In this document: piece after piece, positions 45,393 to 53,672 of the stretch | Layout: each line of letters opens with the position of its first letter | How positions within the stretch are numbered: position 1 is the first letter of the stretch | Assembly (NCBI GenBank): GCA_026705345.1 | Contig: JAPPAV010000120.1 | Span: 13,748-77,747, forward strand | DNA: 64,000 nt | Reading direction: 5' to 3' | Source of the DNA: Gammaproteobacteria bacterium | GTDB taxonomy: Bacteria; Pseudomonadota; Gammaproteobacteria; Pseudomonadales; Azotimanducaceae | Program-made: the position numbers and the translations under genes | Notes under the pieces: generated by a model | Database searches by the model: none | Seen by the model: only the letters and a program-made list of their open reading frames with translations | Told to the model about the DNA's origin: nothing

Positions 45393-45432
45393 CAATCCTC
45401 GAGAGCCCGCCGGTCCAAAGAGGCCGATGCAA

Positions 45433-45753
45433 TCACGCCTTCTCGCCGTAGTGCACCGCCAGGCCGATCAGCAGGATCAATCCAACCAAAGCCAGGCAAC
45501 TGATGGCCCACACTTCGAGGTTGACAATCCCGGGGCCGGCCAGAAATGTGGCCGCCGACCAGTAAAGCGTTGCGATCGCCAGCCTCGGCGTGGCGCGAAT
45601 GCACGCCACGGCCACCACCGGGGTAACGAAGCACACCAGCACAGCGGGCGTGGCAATCGCCATGCTGGGTACGAACGCGAGCATCGAGAGGATCAAGGCT
45701 ATCGAACAAATCGTGACGGGGACGCGTCGTGGTGTGGTGTCGCTTGCCGTCAT
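45433..45753 (-). CDS. Small hypothetical membrane protein
   Basis: 106 aa with three strongly hydrophobic segments. I recognise no family. Confidence 0.45.
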   Translation of the reverse strand: MTASDTTPRRVPVTICSIALILSMLAFVPSMAIATPAVLVCFVTPVVAVACIRATPRLAIATLYWSAATFLAGPGIVNLEVWAISCLALVGLILLIGLAVHYGEKA

Positions 45754-45796
45754 GTCGCGCCCTAGCGGGTGACGTGGTCGGTTTTGACCATCCTAG

Positions 45797-45850
45797 TGGA
45801 GCCGGAGGGAATCGAACCCTCTCCCGCCCCGGGCCCAGCCGGGCAGCCCC
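45797..45850 (-). other. tRNA-like 3' fragment (variable-arm-like hairpin, T-arm, acceptor 3' strand), possible integration-site remnant
   Basis: The minus strand reads GGGGCTG-CCCGGCTGGGCCCGGG-GCGGGA-GAGGGTTCGATTCCCTC-CGGCTCC-A. It has a canonical T-arm (GTTCGATTC) and an acceptor 3' strand, but no D-arm or anticodon arm can be drawn and no CCA is encoded. Confidence 0.3.
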
Positions 45851-45881
45851 GCAGCCGACTGTAACGTTTGAAGAGCCCGAG

Positions 45882-47153
45882 TCAAGGACGTTGCCGCCGT
45901 GTCGGCTCTCGAATCACGCCGTCGGCAAACAAGCGGTTGATTGCCGGTTCGGACAGGCCGGCCTCGGTGAGAATCTCCCGCGTGTGCTTGCCAAGTGCCG
46001 GCGACGCCGACGTCGTCGACAACGGCGTTTCGCTGAACCTGACGGGGGGCGCGACGACGGTCATGCCGCCGACCTCTTCGTGTTCCAAGCGTGTCAGGTA
46101 GCCGTTCTCCCAAACGTGGGGATCCTCGAAGATCTCGTCCTTCAACCGGTATTCGCCGGCCGGCAGGCCCGCCGCGTCGAATTTCGCGAGCCAGCGGGCC
46201 GTAGTCTCCTCCGCCAATCGGGCGGCTGACCGGCGGCGCATCCGACGTGTGTGGGCGGCGATGTCGTCGATCTTGAAGTTTGGATCCGTCAACGCCGGGT
46301 CTTCGATGCCGAGCAGCTTGGCGACTCTCACTTGGAGTCCGCGGCCACCGGCGGCGATGACGATGTAGCCGTCCTTGGTCTCGAAGAAACCGTAGTAGGG
46401 CGGGTTGATCGACGGCTTCAGGGTCTCGCGTTCACCTAGCACGTCGGTCAGGGTTCGACCGTCTGCGAATGCCGTCTTCAAGTGCTCGACGAAGCCCTTG
46501 CGCCAACCGTCCACGGCGTCGACGTGGTGGATCGAGTTGTTCTGGATCACAAGGGCGGCCTGGAGAAGCGACACATCGAGCTTCTGTCCCACCCCCGTTC
46601 GCTCTCGGTTGTAGAGGGCGGTGGCGATGCCCCAGGCCATCAACAGTGCCGCCGTGTAGTCCACGAACGGATCGGCCGGCGGTCTCGGGCCCGATTCCGT
46701 CATCGGCGTCATGCCCGTGTATGCCTGCAGGAGAATGTCCATGCCTGGCTTGCCTGCCAATGGACCCTTTGGGCCGAATGCGGTGTTCTGGGCGTAGACG
46801 ATGCGCGGGTTGGCGCGGGAGACTGTCTCGTAGTCGAGGCCCAGTTTCTCGCCTTGTCCCGGTCGGAAGTTGACGATCGTGACATCGGCCTTGTGCAGCA
46901 AGCCCTGCACGATCCGTGTGATGCGAGGGTCCGAAAGCTGCAGCGCGATGCTGCGCTTGCCGCGGTTCTTGTTGAGGTATTGGCGCGCCTCGGTGGGCGA
47001 GAAGCGGGTGCCGTTGCGTCTCGCGTCGTCGCCAACCAGTGGTTCGACCTTGATCACGTCGGCACCACCATCGGCGAGCAGTTGGCCACAGTACGGGGCG
47101 GCGATGAAACGGCCGAGTTCGATGACCTTCAAGCCGGTGTATGGACCCTGCAC
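45882..47153 (-). CDS. Family III CoA-transferase (CaiB/BaiF/Frc family)
   Basis: The start was chosen at GTG 47153, which is preceded by AAAGGAG, and the long 5' extension of track ORF 45882..47603 was rejected. LKVIELGRFIAAPYCGQLLADGGADVIKVEP and NKNRGKRSIALQL are family III signatures. Confidence 0.85.
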   Translation of the reverse strand: MQGPYTGLKVIELGRFIAAPYCGQLLADGGADVIKVEPLVGDDARRNGTRFSPTEARQYLNKNRGKRSIALQLSDPRITRIVQGLLHKADVTIVNFRPGQGEKLGLDYETVSRANPRIVYAQNTAFGPKGPLAGKPGMDILLQAYTGMTPMTESGPRPPADPFVDYTAALLMAWGIATALYNRERTGVGQKLDVSLLQAALVIQNNSIHHVDAVDGWRKGFVEHLKTAFADGRTLTDVLGERETLKPSINPPYYGFFETKDGYIVIAAGGRGLQVRVAKLLGIEDPALTDPNFKIDDIAAHTRRMRRRSAARLAEETTARWLAKFDAAGLPAGEYRLKDEIFEDPHVWENGYLTRLEHEEVGGMTVVAPPVRFSETPLSTTSASPALGKHTREILTEAGLSEPAINRLFADGVIREPTRRQRP

Positions 47154-47182
47154 GCTTGCTCCTTTGGGGATTCGATTGACAC

Positions 47183-47207
47183 GGGACGCCACAAGGGCGT
47201 CCCCTAC
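47183..47207. repeat. REP-type hairpin
   Basis: The sequence is GGGACGCCACAAGGGCGTCCCCTAC. The CTAC is the TAG stop of the LLM gene. Confidence 0.7.
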
Positions 47208-48040
47208 GGGAGGTTCTCGGCGTGCCTGTCCAATAGCGGCAACACTACGTCCGCACCTGCGGACGGCACCGACAGGATGGCGCGGTCGATGCCGGCTTCG
47301 CGGTAGAGGTCGAGCAAGGCGGCGTCTGACGGCGCGCCGAACACGTTGATGGTCAAGGTGGCCATGTCGCGTTCCGCGGCATCGGCCACGGCGCGCAGTC
47401 GAGCGACGCCTTCGTGGGGATCGAATCCGCCCCGGGCGCGTGGCAGCCAGCCGTCGCCGTAGTCGACCACGCGGCGCAGGGTGTGGATCGACTCGCCGCC
47501 GATCAGGATCGGCGGATTGGGCTTCTGCACCGGTTTCGGGTACGACCACACCGGGTCGAAGTCGGTGAACTCGCCGTGGAACTCGGGTTCCTCCTCGGCC
47601 CACAAGGTCTTCATCGCCTTGGCGCGTTCGCTCATCACCCGGAAACGCGTGGCGAACTCGGTGCCGTGGTTCTCCATCTCCTCCGCGTTCCAGCCCGCGC
47701 CGATGCCGACGTCCACGCGTCCGTTGGAGAGCAGGTCGAGACTGGCGATCTCCTTGGCGGTGACGATGGGGTCGTGTTCCGGCAGAAGGCAGATGCCGGT
47801 GCCGACACGCAGCTTCTCGGTTGCTGCGGCCGCTGCCGTCAGGGCGACGAAGGGGTCCAGCGTATGCCAGTACTCCTTGGGCAGATCCGATCCGCCCGGC
47901 CAGGGGCTCCGGCGGCTTGTCGGAATGTGGGTGTGCTCCGGGACGAACAGCGACTCGAAGCCTCGGGCTTCCACTTCCCGGGCGAGGTCGTCGATGCGTA
48001 TGGCGTAGTCGGTGGCGAACATGCAGGTGCCGATTTTCAC
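47204..48040 (-). CDS. Luciferase-like monooxygenase (LLM) class oxidoreductase, F420-dependent Rv2161c-like subgroup
   Basis: 278 aa. MKIGTCMFATDYAI...GFESLFVPEHTHIP...LDPFVALTAAAAATEKLRVGTGICLLPEHDPI...GRVDVGIGAGWNAEEME...PPILIGGES...GDGWLP matches the LLM pattern. Confidence 0.8.
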   Translation of the reverse strand: MKIGTCMFATDYAIRIDDLAREVEARGFESLFVPEHTHIPTSRRSPWPGGSDLPKEYWHTLDPFVALTAAAAATEKLRVGTGICLLPEHDPIVTAKEIASLDLLSNGRVDVGIGAGWNAEEMENHGTEFATRFRVMSERAKAMKTLWAEEEPEFHGEFTDFDPVWSYPKPVQKPNPPILIGGESIHTLRRVVDYGDGWLPRARGGFDPHEGVARLRAVADAAERDMATLTINVFGAPSDAALLDLYREAGIDRAILSVPSAGADVVLPLLDRHAENLP

Positions 48041-48084
48041 GTTGGTTGATTCCTTGTTGTCGTGCTGGTGGCGTCGGTAAGAGC

Positions 48085-48109
48085 GGGCGATGACAAGCGT
48101 CGCCCCTAC
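48085..48109. repeat. REP-type hairpin (degenerate)
   Basis: The sequence is GGGCGATGACAAGCGTCGCCCCTAC. Confidence 0.6.
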
Positions 48110-48127
48110 GGCGAAACGGCTAGTGGC

Positions 48128-48940
48128 TCAATGTTCCATCACTGCGCCGCCGTCCTGGTTGATGGACTGTCCGTGGATCCACGACGCGGCCTCGGTGCAG
48201 AGATAGGCGACGAACTCGCCGACCTCGTCGTCGCTACCCCAGCGGTTGACGGGATCGCCGGGACGTTTGCGCTCCGGACGGTCGTCGGGCCTCACGTCGT
48301 CCATGCGGGACGTGTCCACCGCGCCCGGGCACACGCAATTCACGTTGACGCCCCGTGGTCCGAACTCACGCGCCATGGACTGGGTCATGCCGATCATGGC
48401 GAAATTGGCGGCGTTGTAGGCCAGCGTGTTGGCGCTGCCGCGCTTGCCGGCGATGGACGCGATGTTGACGATCTTGCCGCCTTCGTCCTGGCGGTAGATG
48501 TGCCGAATCACGGCCTGTGTACACAGGAACGTGCCGCGGACCTTGACGTCGACCACGCGCTGGAACAGGTCGGGATCCAGCGTTTCGACAGTCGTTCGAT
48601 CCGCGCCCCGGGCGATGGCCGCGTTGTTGATGAGAATGTCGATGCGGCCGAGTTCGCCGACAATCCGCTCCACAGCCGCGTTGATCTGCTCCAGGTTGGC
48701 GACATCGAACACCAGCGGCAACGCCCGCCGTCCGCATTCGCGGATCTGATCGGCGACACTCTCCACATCGCGCCACCCGAGGGCCTTTTCGTCGTCCGGA
48801 AACGTCGCCGGGTCGCGGCCCGTGCCGCTGATCGCCACGTCCGCGCCGAGACGTGCCAGCGCGACAGCAGCCGCCCGGCCGATGCCGCGCAGTCGTCCTG
48901 CGCCTGTAACCAGGGCTACCTTGCCGTCGAGTTCCGCCAC
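48128..48940 (-). CDS. SDR family oxidoreductase
   Basis: 270 aa counted from the 3' end of track ORF 48128..49738, with a GTG start 2 nt after the upstream stop and a GGAGG upstream. It has TGAGRLRGIG (TGxxxGxG), NNAA, and the catalytic YNAANFA (YxxxN rather than YxxxK). Confidence 0.8.
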   Translation of the reverse strand: MAELDGKVALVTGAGRLRGIGRAAAVALARLGADVAISGTGRDPATFPDDEKALGWRDVESVADQIRECGRRALPLVFDVANLEQINAAVERIVGELGRIDILINNAAIARGADRTTVETLDPDLFQRVVDVKVRGTFLCTQAVIRHIYRQDEGGKIVNIASIAGKRGSANTLAYNAANFAMIGMTQSMAREFGPRGVNVNCVCPGAVDTSRMDDVRPDDRPERKRPGDPVNRWGSDDEVGEFVAYLCTEAASWIHGQSINQDGGAVMEH

Positions 48941-48942
48941 GA

Positions 48943-50130
48943 TCAGGCCTCCGTTCCAACGACGCCGGCTTCGACGAGACCGTCGATCTCCGCGCCTGCG
49001 AGGCCAAGATCGGACGCGAGCACCTCGCGGGAATGTGCGCCCAGGAGCGGCGCCGCGCTGATCGGCACCGTACTCTCGGACATCCGCGCCGGCCAACCGA
49101 GCAGCTTGATCGGTCCCGCGGCCGGATGGTCGAGTTCGTGCACGAAGCCACGCTCGACGAGATGCGGGTTGCGGTACAGGTCGCTGGTGTCGAGAACCGC
49201 ACTGGCCGGAACGCCGCCCTCCGCGAGCTCGCGCATGGCAGCGTACTTGTCGCGCTGACTGGTCCACTTGGCAATTTCCGCCACGATCGCATCGCGATTG
49301 CGGTATCGGTCCCGGGGATCCTGGTAGCGCGGGTCGTTGAACAGGTCCTCGCGACCGACCACCCGGCAAAGCGCCTCCCACATCCGACCCGTCACCGCCA
49401 TGATGTAGACGTAGTCGTTGGGGCCATCGCCCCTGCAGGGGTATAGCGTCATGTTCGGCGTCGCGCCATTGCCCGAGCGCCCCACTGCCCGCTCGCCGTA
49501 GCGGCCGCTGGCGGTGGCCGTCCGCAGGTAGTAGGTCATCGCCTCCTGCATGGAAATCTCGATGAGCTGGCCCTTGCCGGTGTTCAGTCGTTGCACGTAG
49601 GCGGACACGATGGCGAGCGCCATCTGCACCCCCGTACCGGCATCGCCGGTCGTCGGTCCCGGTCGCATGGGCGGGCCTTCCGCCTCGCCGGTGATCGAGA
49701 ACGCGCCCGCCGCCGATTGCGCCACCATGTCGAAGCACTTGTAGTCCGACCAGGGTCCGGAGGTGCCGAAGCCCTTGATGCGACCGTAGATGATGTCCGG
49801 CTTGACGGCCTTGAAAGCGTCGTAGTCGATGCCAAGCTTCTCGACGACGCCCGGCCCGTAGTTCTCCACGAAGACGTCGTAGTTGGGCAGCATGTCGAAC
49901 AGCAGTTGCCTCCCGTCTGGCTTCGACAGATCGATCACGACGCTGCGTTTGTTGGAGTTCCAGACCATGAAGTACTCGCTGCTGCCGCCGATACCGCGAC
50001 CGGGATCACCGTGGCCGGGACGCTCCACCTTGACCACGTCGGCCCCGAGCCAGGCCAAAGCCTGGGTGCAGGACGTGCCTGCCTCGTACTGCGTCATGTC
50101 CAGAACGCGCAATCCGTCGAGTGCTGGCAT
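48943..50130 (-). CDS. Family III CoA-transferase, formyl-CoA transferase-like
   Basis: 395 aa. LRVLDMTQYEAGTSCTQALAWLGADVVKVERPG and NSNKRSVVIDL are present, and the overall length and order resemble Frc/YfdW. Confidence 0.85.
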   Translation of the reverse strand: MPALDGLRVLDMTQYEAGTSCTQALAWLGADVVKVERPGHGDPGRGIGGSSEYFMVWNSNKRSVVIDLSKPDGRQLLFDMLPNYDVFVENYGPGVVEKLGIDYDAFKAVKPDIIYGRIKGFGTSGPWSDYKCFDMVAQSAAGAFSITGEAEGPPMRPGPTTGDAGTGVQMALAIVSAYVQRLNTGKGQLIEISMQEAMTYYLRTATASGRYGERAVGRSGNGATPNMTLYPCRGDGPNDYVYIMAVTGRMWEALCRVVGREDLFNDPRYQDPRDRYRNRDAIVAEIAKWTSQRDKYAAMRELAEGGVPASAVLDTSDLYRNPHLVERGFVHELDHPAAGPIKLLGWPARMSESTVPISAAPLLGAHSREVLASDLGLAGAEIDGLVEAGVVGTEA

Positions 50131-50161
50131 CGGCTGACTCCCTTTGGTTTTCCCAGTTTTC

Positions 50162-50638
50162 CTAAAGGTGGTTCGCGAGATCGTCCGCGATCTGGGCCGG
50201 CGTTACCCGGGGTTCGTAGCGGGCCACTACCTGCCCCTCGCCGTCGACGAGGAATTTGGTGAAGTTCCAGGCAATGTCGGCGTTGCCATCGGATCTCGGC
50301 TGCTCGGATTTCAGGAACTCGTAGAGGTCGCAGGCATCGTCGCCGTTGACCTCGATCTTGGCGAACATTTGGAAGTTGGCGTCGTACGTCGAGCGCGCGA
50401 ACTCGAGGATTTCCTCGTTCGACCCGGGTTCCTGGCGACCGAACTGGTTGCAGGGAAATCCGAGCACCTTGACGGCACCTTCTTCTTCAAGGGTACGCAG
50501 ACCTGCGTACTGACGCGTCATCCCTCACTGACTAGCCAGGTTGACCACGAGGCACGCGGCGCCCTTGTACTTCTCGAAGCCGAGCGGCTCCCCCGTGATC
50601 GTGGCCATGGTGAACTCGTGGAATCGCACCACTTCCAT
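50162..50638 (-). CDS. Glutathione peroxidase, predicted selenoprotein (in-frame UGA at 50525-50527 read as Sec)
   Basis: Track ORF 50162..50521 is only the C-terminal two-thirds (LGFPCNQFGRQEPG, WNFTKFLV). The same frame stays open upstream of one TGA and reads MEVVRFHEFTMATITGEPLGFEKYKGAACLVVNLASQ-U-GMTRQYAGL. This is the GPx active-site motif VNxASxUGxT, with TGA at the Cys/Sec position. Confidence 0.8.
50493..50510 (-). promoter_or_regulatory. Candidate bacterial SECIS apical stem-loop
   Basis: The RNA reads GUACGCAGGUCUGCGUAC, a 7-bp stem with a GGUC loop that starts 14 nt after the UGA. The core GCAGGUCUGC is identical to the apical SelB-binding hairpin of E. coli fdhF as I recall it. 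Confidence 0.65.
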
Positions 50639-50697
50639 CCCCTCTGCTAGCATCGGTAGCCGGTCGATTATTGCGAAGTGGAGAGGGTTAGCAAGTC

Positions 50698-51760
50698 ATG
50701 TCCGCCACCGAACTCACCCTCGAGGAGAAACGACGCTTCCTCGCCGACGGTTTCATCGTCATCCGCGAAGCGGTACCCCGGGAACTGACCTTCCGGGCCC
50801 GCCGCGCCGTTAATATGCATGCGGCGCGGGAAGGCGTTCGTCGGCCCTACCACGATCTCGCCGGCGACAGCCCGCTTCCCGACCTCGTCAACAAGAGCCG
50901 CCTCGGCGAGATCATGCGCAACACCATGGGGCCGTACGATCCGCCGCAGAGCGCCTTCGCCGCGATTCTCTATCCCCAAGCCGAGACCACGGCGCCGAAC
51001 TACGGCTGGCAACCCCACGTCGACGGAATGTGGTACTCGCCAGCCCTGCCGTCCGCGGACGAGGTCGATTCCTGGGAAGCGCCGCGAACCCACCATTTCG
51101 GCAGGGGGGACGCCACCGAGATGGGCGCCAACAAGACACCGTTCTTCCAGGATCCCGAATGCAACTTGGCACTCGGCAGCTTCACGGCCTTCGTCGGCGT
51201 AGCCCTCAACGACCAGACCGAGTTCGGACGCGGCAACCTGTGCCTCCTGAAAGGCGCCCACGAGGAGGTCGAAGCGTTTTTTCGTATGCAGCGCGACGCC
51301 GGCGGGAACGTCGGTCCCGAGGGTCCCGGCTGGCCGCGGCTGGCGCCGCGCCAGGACGGCGGCGTGACGCTCGACCCCCATGCCACAGCCGGTGCGCGAC
51401 AAATTCGTCGCCGACGCGGAGGTGGTCGACGGCGTCGCTTGGCCGGAGCCGACTGCGATCCTGCTCGACGAGGGCGACGCCGTGATCGCGCTGCACGCCT
51501 GTCCCCACGGGGGCAGCGTCAACGCCGGTGCCGATCCCCGCATGAACATCTACTTCCGGCTACGACACGAACGACCCGGCGGCGCGACGGTCCTAGGCGA
51601 CAGCGACCACCCGGACCGGGGCTGGGAAGGCCAGTTCCTCGACTATGCCGACGACTACGATCCGTGGCGGGTCGCGGTCGACGCCATGTGCGATCACTGG
51701 AGCGAATGGGACGGCATGGCGGACGTGGTGGCCCAAGCTCGCGGCGACGCCGAGGAGTAG
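50698..51760 (+). pseudogene. PhyH-like Fe(II)/2OG dioxygenase, frameshifted paralog of 58208..59302
   Basis: The 50698 frame matches the paralog up to GPEGPGWPRL... and then turns Arg-rich nonsense. The homologous C-terminal half (VRDKFVAD...LHACPHGG...RMNIYFRLRH...DHPDRGWEGQFLDY...WSEWDGM) continues in the 51380..51760 frame. The switch is at a CCCCC run at 51375-51379. Confidence 0.7.
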
Positions 51761-51774
51761 TGCTGACTGGCCGG

Positions 51775-52188
51775 CTACTCTTCGCCTTCGCGAACCGGGA
51801 TTACCTCTACGCCGTCGAAGCGCGCAGCGACACGTCGATCGAACGTATACAGGGCAGCATCGGCTCGTAGGCAGGCCGCGATGATCATCAGGTCAGAGAA
51901 GTCCGCGGCCCCGGTGTGATAGTGCGTTGCTGACCAAAGGACGTCGCGCGCCTCCTCCAATACGATCTCATCCGTCACGTGCATTTCCAGCAACGTCCGC
52001 TCTATCTGGTCGCGCGAAAATCCGTAGGACCGTTCGAGCACTCGTACGAGTTCGACAAGTACCTCACGACAGACGTAGGCGGGGTTCTCCGCCGTCAGCG
52101 ACTCCGCGACATTCCGCACGGCTTCGGACTGCTCCGCGTGATCCGCGACTAGGTAACGCACCAAGGCGGCGGTATCGAGAGCGATCAT
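51775..52188 (-). CDS. vapC: PIN-domain toxin VapC
   Basis: 137 aa. It has the MIALDTAALVRYL N-terminal acidic residue, a later D in FSDLMIIA, and a 4-nt overlap with an upstream AbrB-type antitoxin gene. Confidence 0.8.
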   Translation of the reverse strand: MIALDTAALVRYLVADHAEQSEAVRNVAESLTAENPAYVCREVLVELVRVLERSYGFSRDQIERTLLEMHVTDEIVLEEARDVLWSATHYHTGAADFSDLMIIAACLRADAALYTFDRRVAARFDGVEVIPVREGEE

Positions 52189-52415
52189 GTGCGTCCACCA
52201 TGCTCGACGGCCCGCTCCATGTCGGATAAGCCGATGGGTGGCCCCTCATACTTCAACGTCCCGAACAGCCGACCGATGGGTCGCACACGGAAAATCCGCA
52301 CTTCGAGCGGCAGAATCACGTAGCGAACGCGGTCCCCGGGCGACACCCCCAATGCTTCACGGACCGGTTTGGGGAGTGTTGTCTGCCCTTTCGATGTAAG
52401 AACCGACTCAATCAT
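52185..52415 (-). CDS. vapB: AbrB/MazE/SpoVT family antitoxin VapB
   Basis: 76 aa. LTSKGQTTLPKPVREALGVSPGDRVRY is the SpoVT/AbrB looped-hinge-helix motif. Confidence 0.8.
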   Translation of the reverse strand: MIESVLTSKGQTTLPKPVREALGVSPGDRVRYVILPLEVRIFRVRPIGRLFGTLKYEGPPIGLSDMERAVEHGGRT

Positions 52416-52520
52416 CCTTGGAAAACTCGCCTAGTTCCTTACTCTAGGAGAGAGTTCCACACCAAAATCGATTTGGCAAGGACACGGTGACGGGGCCGTA
52501 TTGCTCGCGCCGGCCAGCTA

Positions 52521-53672
52521 ATGAAGTACCCTTCGGGGCCAGCGAACACGAGCCAGACAACCATGAGCAATGGTCTCGCGATCAGTCTCTTCCACGGCAA
52601 CTGGTTTCTGCGCAACGAACCCAAGCTGGCTCTGAGCGACAAGGAACGGGCGTTCATCGTCGCGGCACTCGGTCAAACGCCGAAGCGCTGGGATGGCGAA
52701 CCCGACGGGTCGAGCATGGTCGAGATGCTTTCCGATGCGCCCGACCTTCTCGACAGAATCGGAATTCGGTTGCTGTCGGTGGCCATCGGTATGCGCGGCT
52801 GCGGCCCTACGGTCGCCCTGCTGCTCGAACGCGGCGTCGAGCTGGATATCGACAAGTCCGCCTACAATGTCCTCCACGAAGCGGCCTGGGCCGGGGCGAC
52901 GGACACCCTCGAGGCGGTGTTCGAATCGGGCGTGTCGGACGCAACGCCGGTTTCCGTGAAGAAACCGCATACCGGCTGGCCCGACAACGTGTCGCTCATG
53001 TACTGGGTAGCCTGGGGTGGCTATCCCGATCTCGCGAGACTGCTGACCGCCCACGGCGCCAGCATCCACCATGAACTCCCGATCAAGGGCAATGGCGAAC
53101 GCGGCACCACCTCATTGCACGAAGCGGTTGCGCCGGGCCCATGGAAGGACGACAGCGCCCTGCGCTCGAACCGGGGAAAACGCGAGGTGGCCCAAGTCCT
53201 CATCGATGACGGAGCCAACTACGATGCCTATGCGGCGTGTGGACTCGGCGATGTCGACCAGTTGCAAGCGCTCATCGATGCCGATGTGGAGGTCTCGAGG
53301 GTTGCCGATGACTATGGAATGACACCCCTGCACTGGGCGGCGCGGGCGGGCGCCGTCGATTGTGCGGACCTCCTCCTAGCGCACGGTGCCGATGTCGACG
53401 CGCCGAACAAGGCACGCCGGGCACCGCTGCAACTGGCGGCGGAAGCCGATCAAGCCGAGGTCATCCGCCAGCTCGCCCGGCACGGTGCCGACCTCGACAC
53501 CCAGGACCGCAAGGGGCGCACGCCGCTGCACCGGGCAACCTACGAGGGCCAAGTTGCGGCTGCCGAGGCCCTGCTCGAGGTTGGCGCCGACCCCACGGTG
53601 CTGAACAAGCGCGGCAAGAACGCTTTCGAGATCGCCCGCAAGGACGCCAAGTACTTCAAGGACCGCGCGTAG
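52521..53672 (+). CDS. Ankyrin repeat protein
   Basis: 383 aa. It has several 33-aa ANK units (GMTPLHWAARAGAVDCADLLLAHGADVDAPN, RRAPLQLAAEADQAEVIRQLARHGADLDTQD, GRTPLHRATYEGQVAAAEALLEVGADPTVLN). Confidence 0.85.
   Translation: MKYPSGPANTSQTTMSNGLAISLFHGNWFLRNEPKLALSDKERAFIVAALGQTPKRWDGEPDGSSMVEMLSDAPDLLDRIGIRLLSVAIGMRGCGPTVALLLERGVELDIDKSAYNVLHEAAWAGATDTLEAVFESGVSDATPVSVKKPHTGWPDNVSLMYWVAWGGYPDLARLLTAHGASIHHELPIKGNGERGTTSLHEAVAPGPWKDDSALRSNRGKREVAQVLIDDGANYDAYAACGLGDVDQLQALIDADVEVSRVADDYGMTPLHWAARAGAVDCADLLLAHGADVDAPNKARRAPLQLAAEADQAEVIRQLARHGADLDTQDRKGRTPLHRATYEGQVAAAEALLEVGADPTVLNKRGKNAFEIARKDAKYFKDRA

Noticed and set aside
45794-45881. Possible selC (tRNA-Sec) gene. A CTTCAAA heptamer (UCA anticodon-loop look-alike) lies about 50 nt upstream of the orphan T-arm on the minus strand, which is tempting given the Sec-GPx 4.6 kb away.
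   Set aside because: - The flanks of CTTCAAA (GGGCT / CGTTA) cannot form an anticodon stem.
- No 5' acceptor strand (GGAGCCG[G]) exists at a compatible distance, and no D-arm can be drawn.
- The 5' part would lie inside the CoA-transferase coding sequence.
- I kept it only as a tRNA-like 3' fragment.
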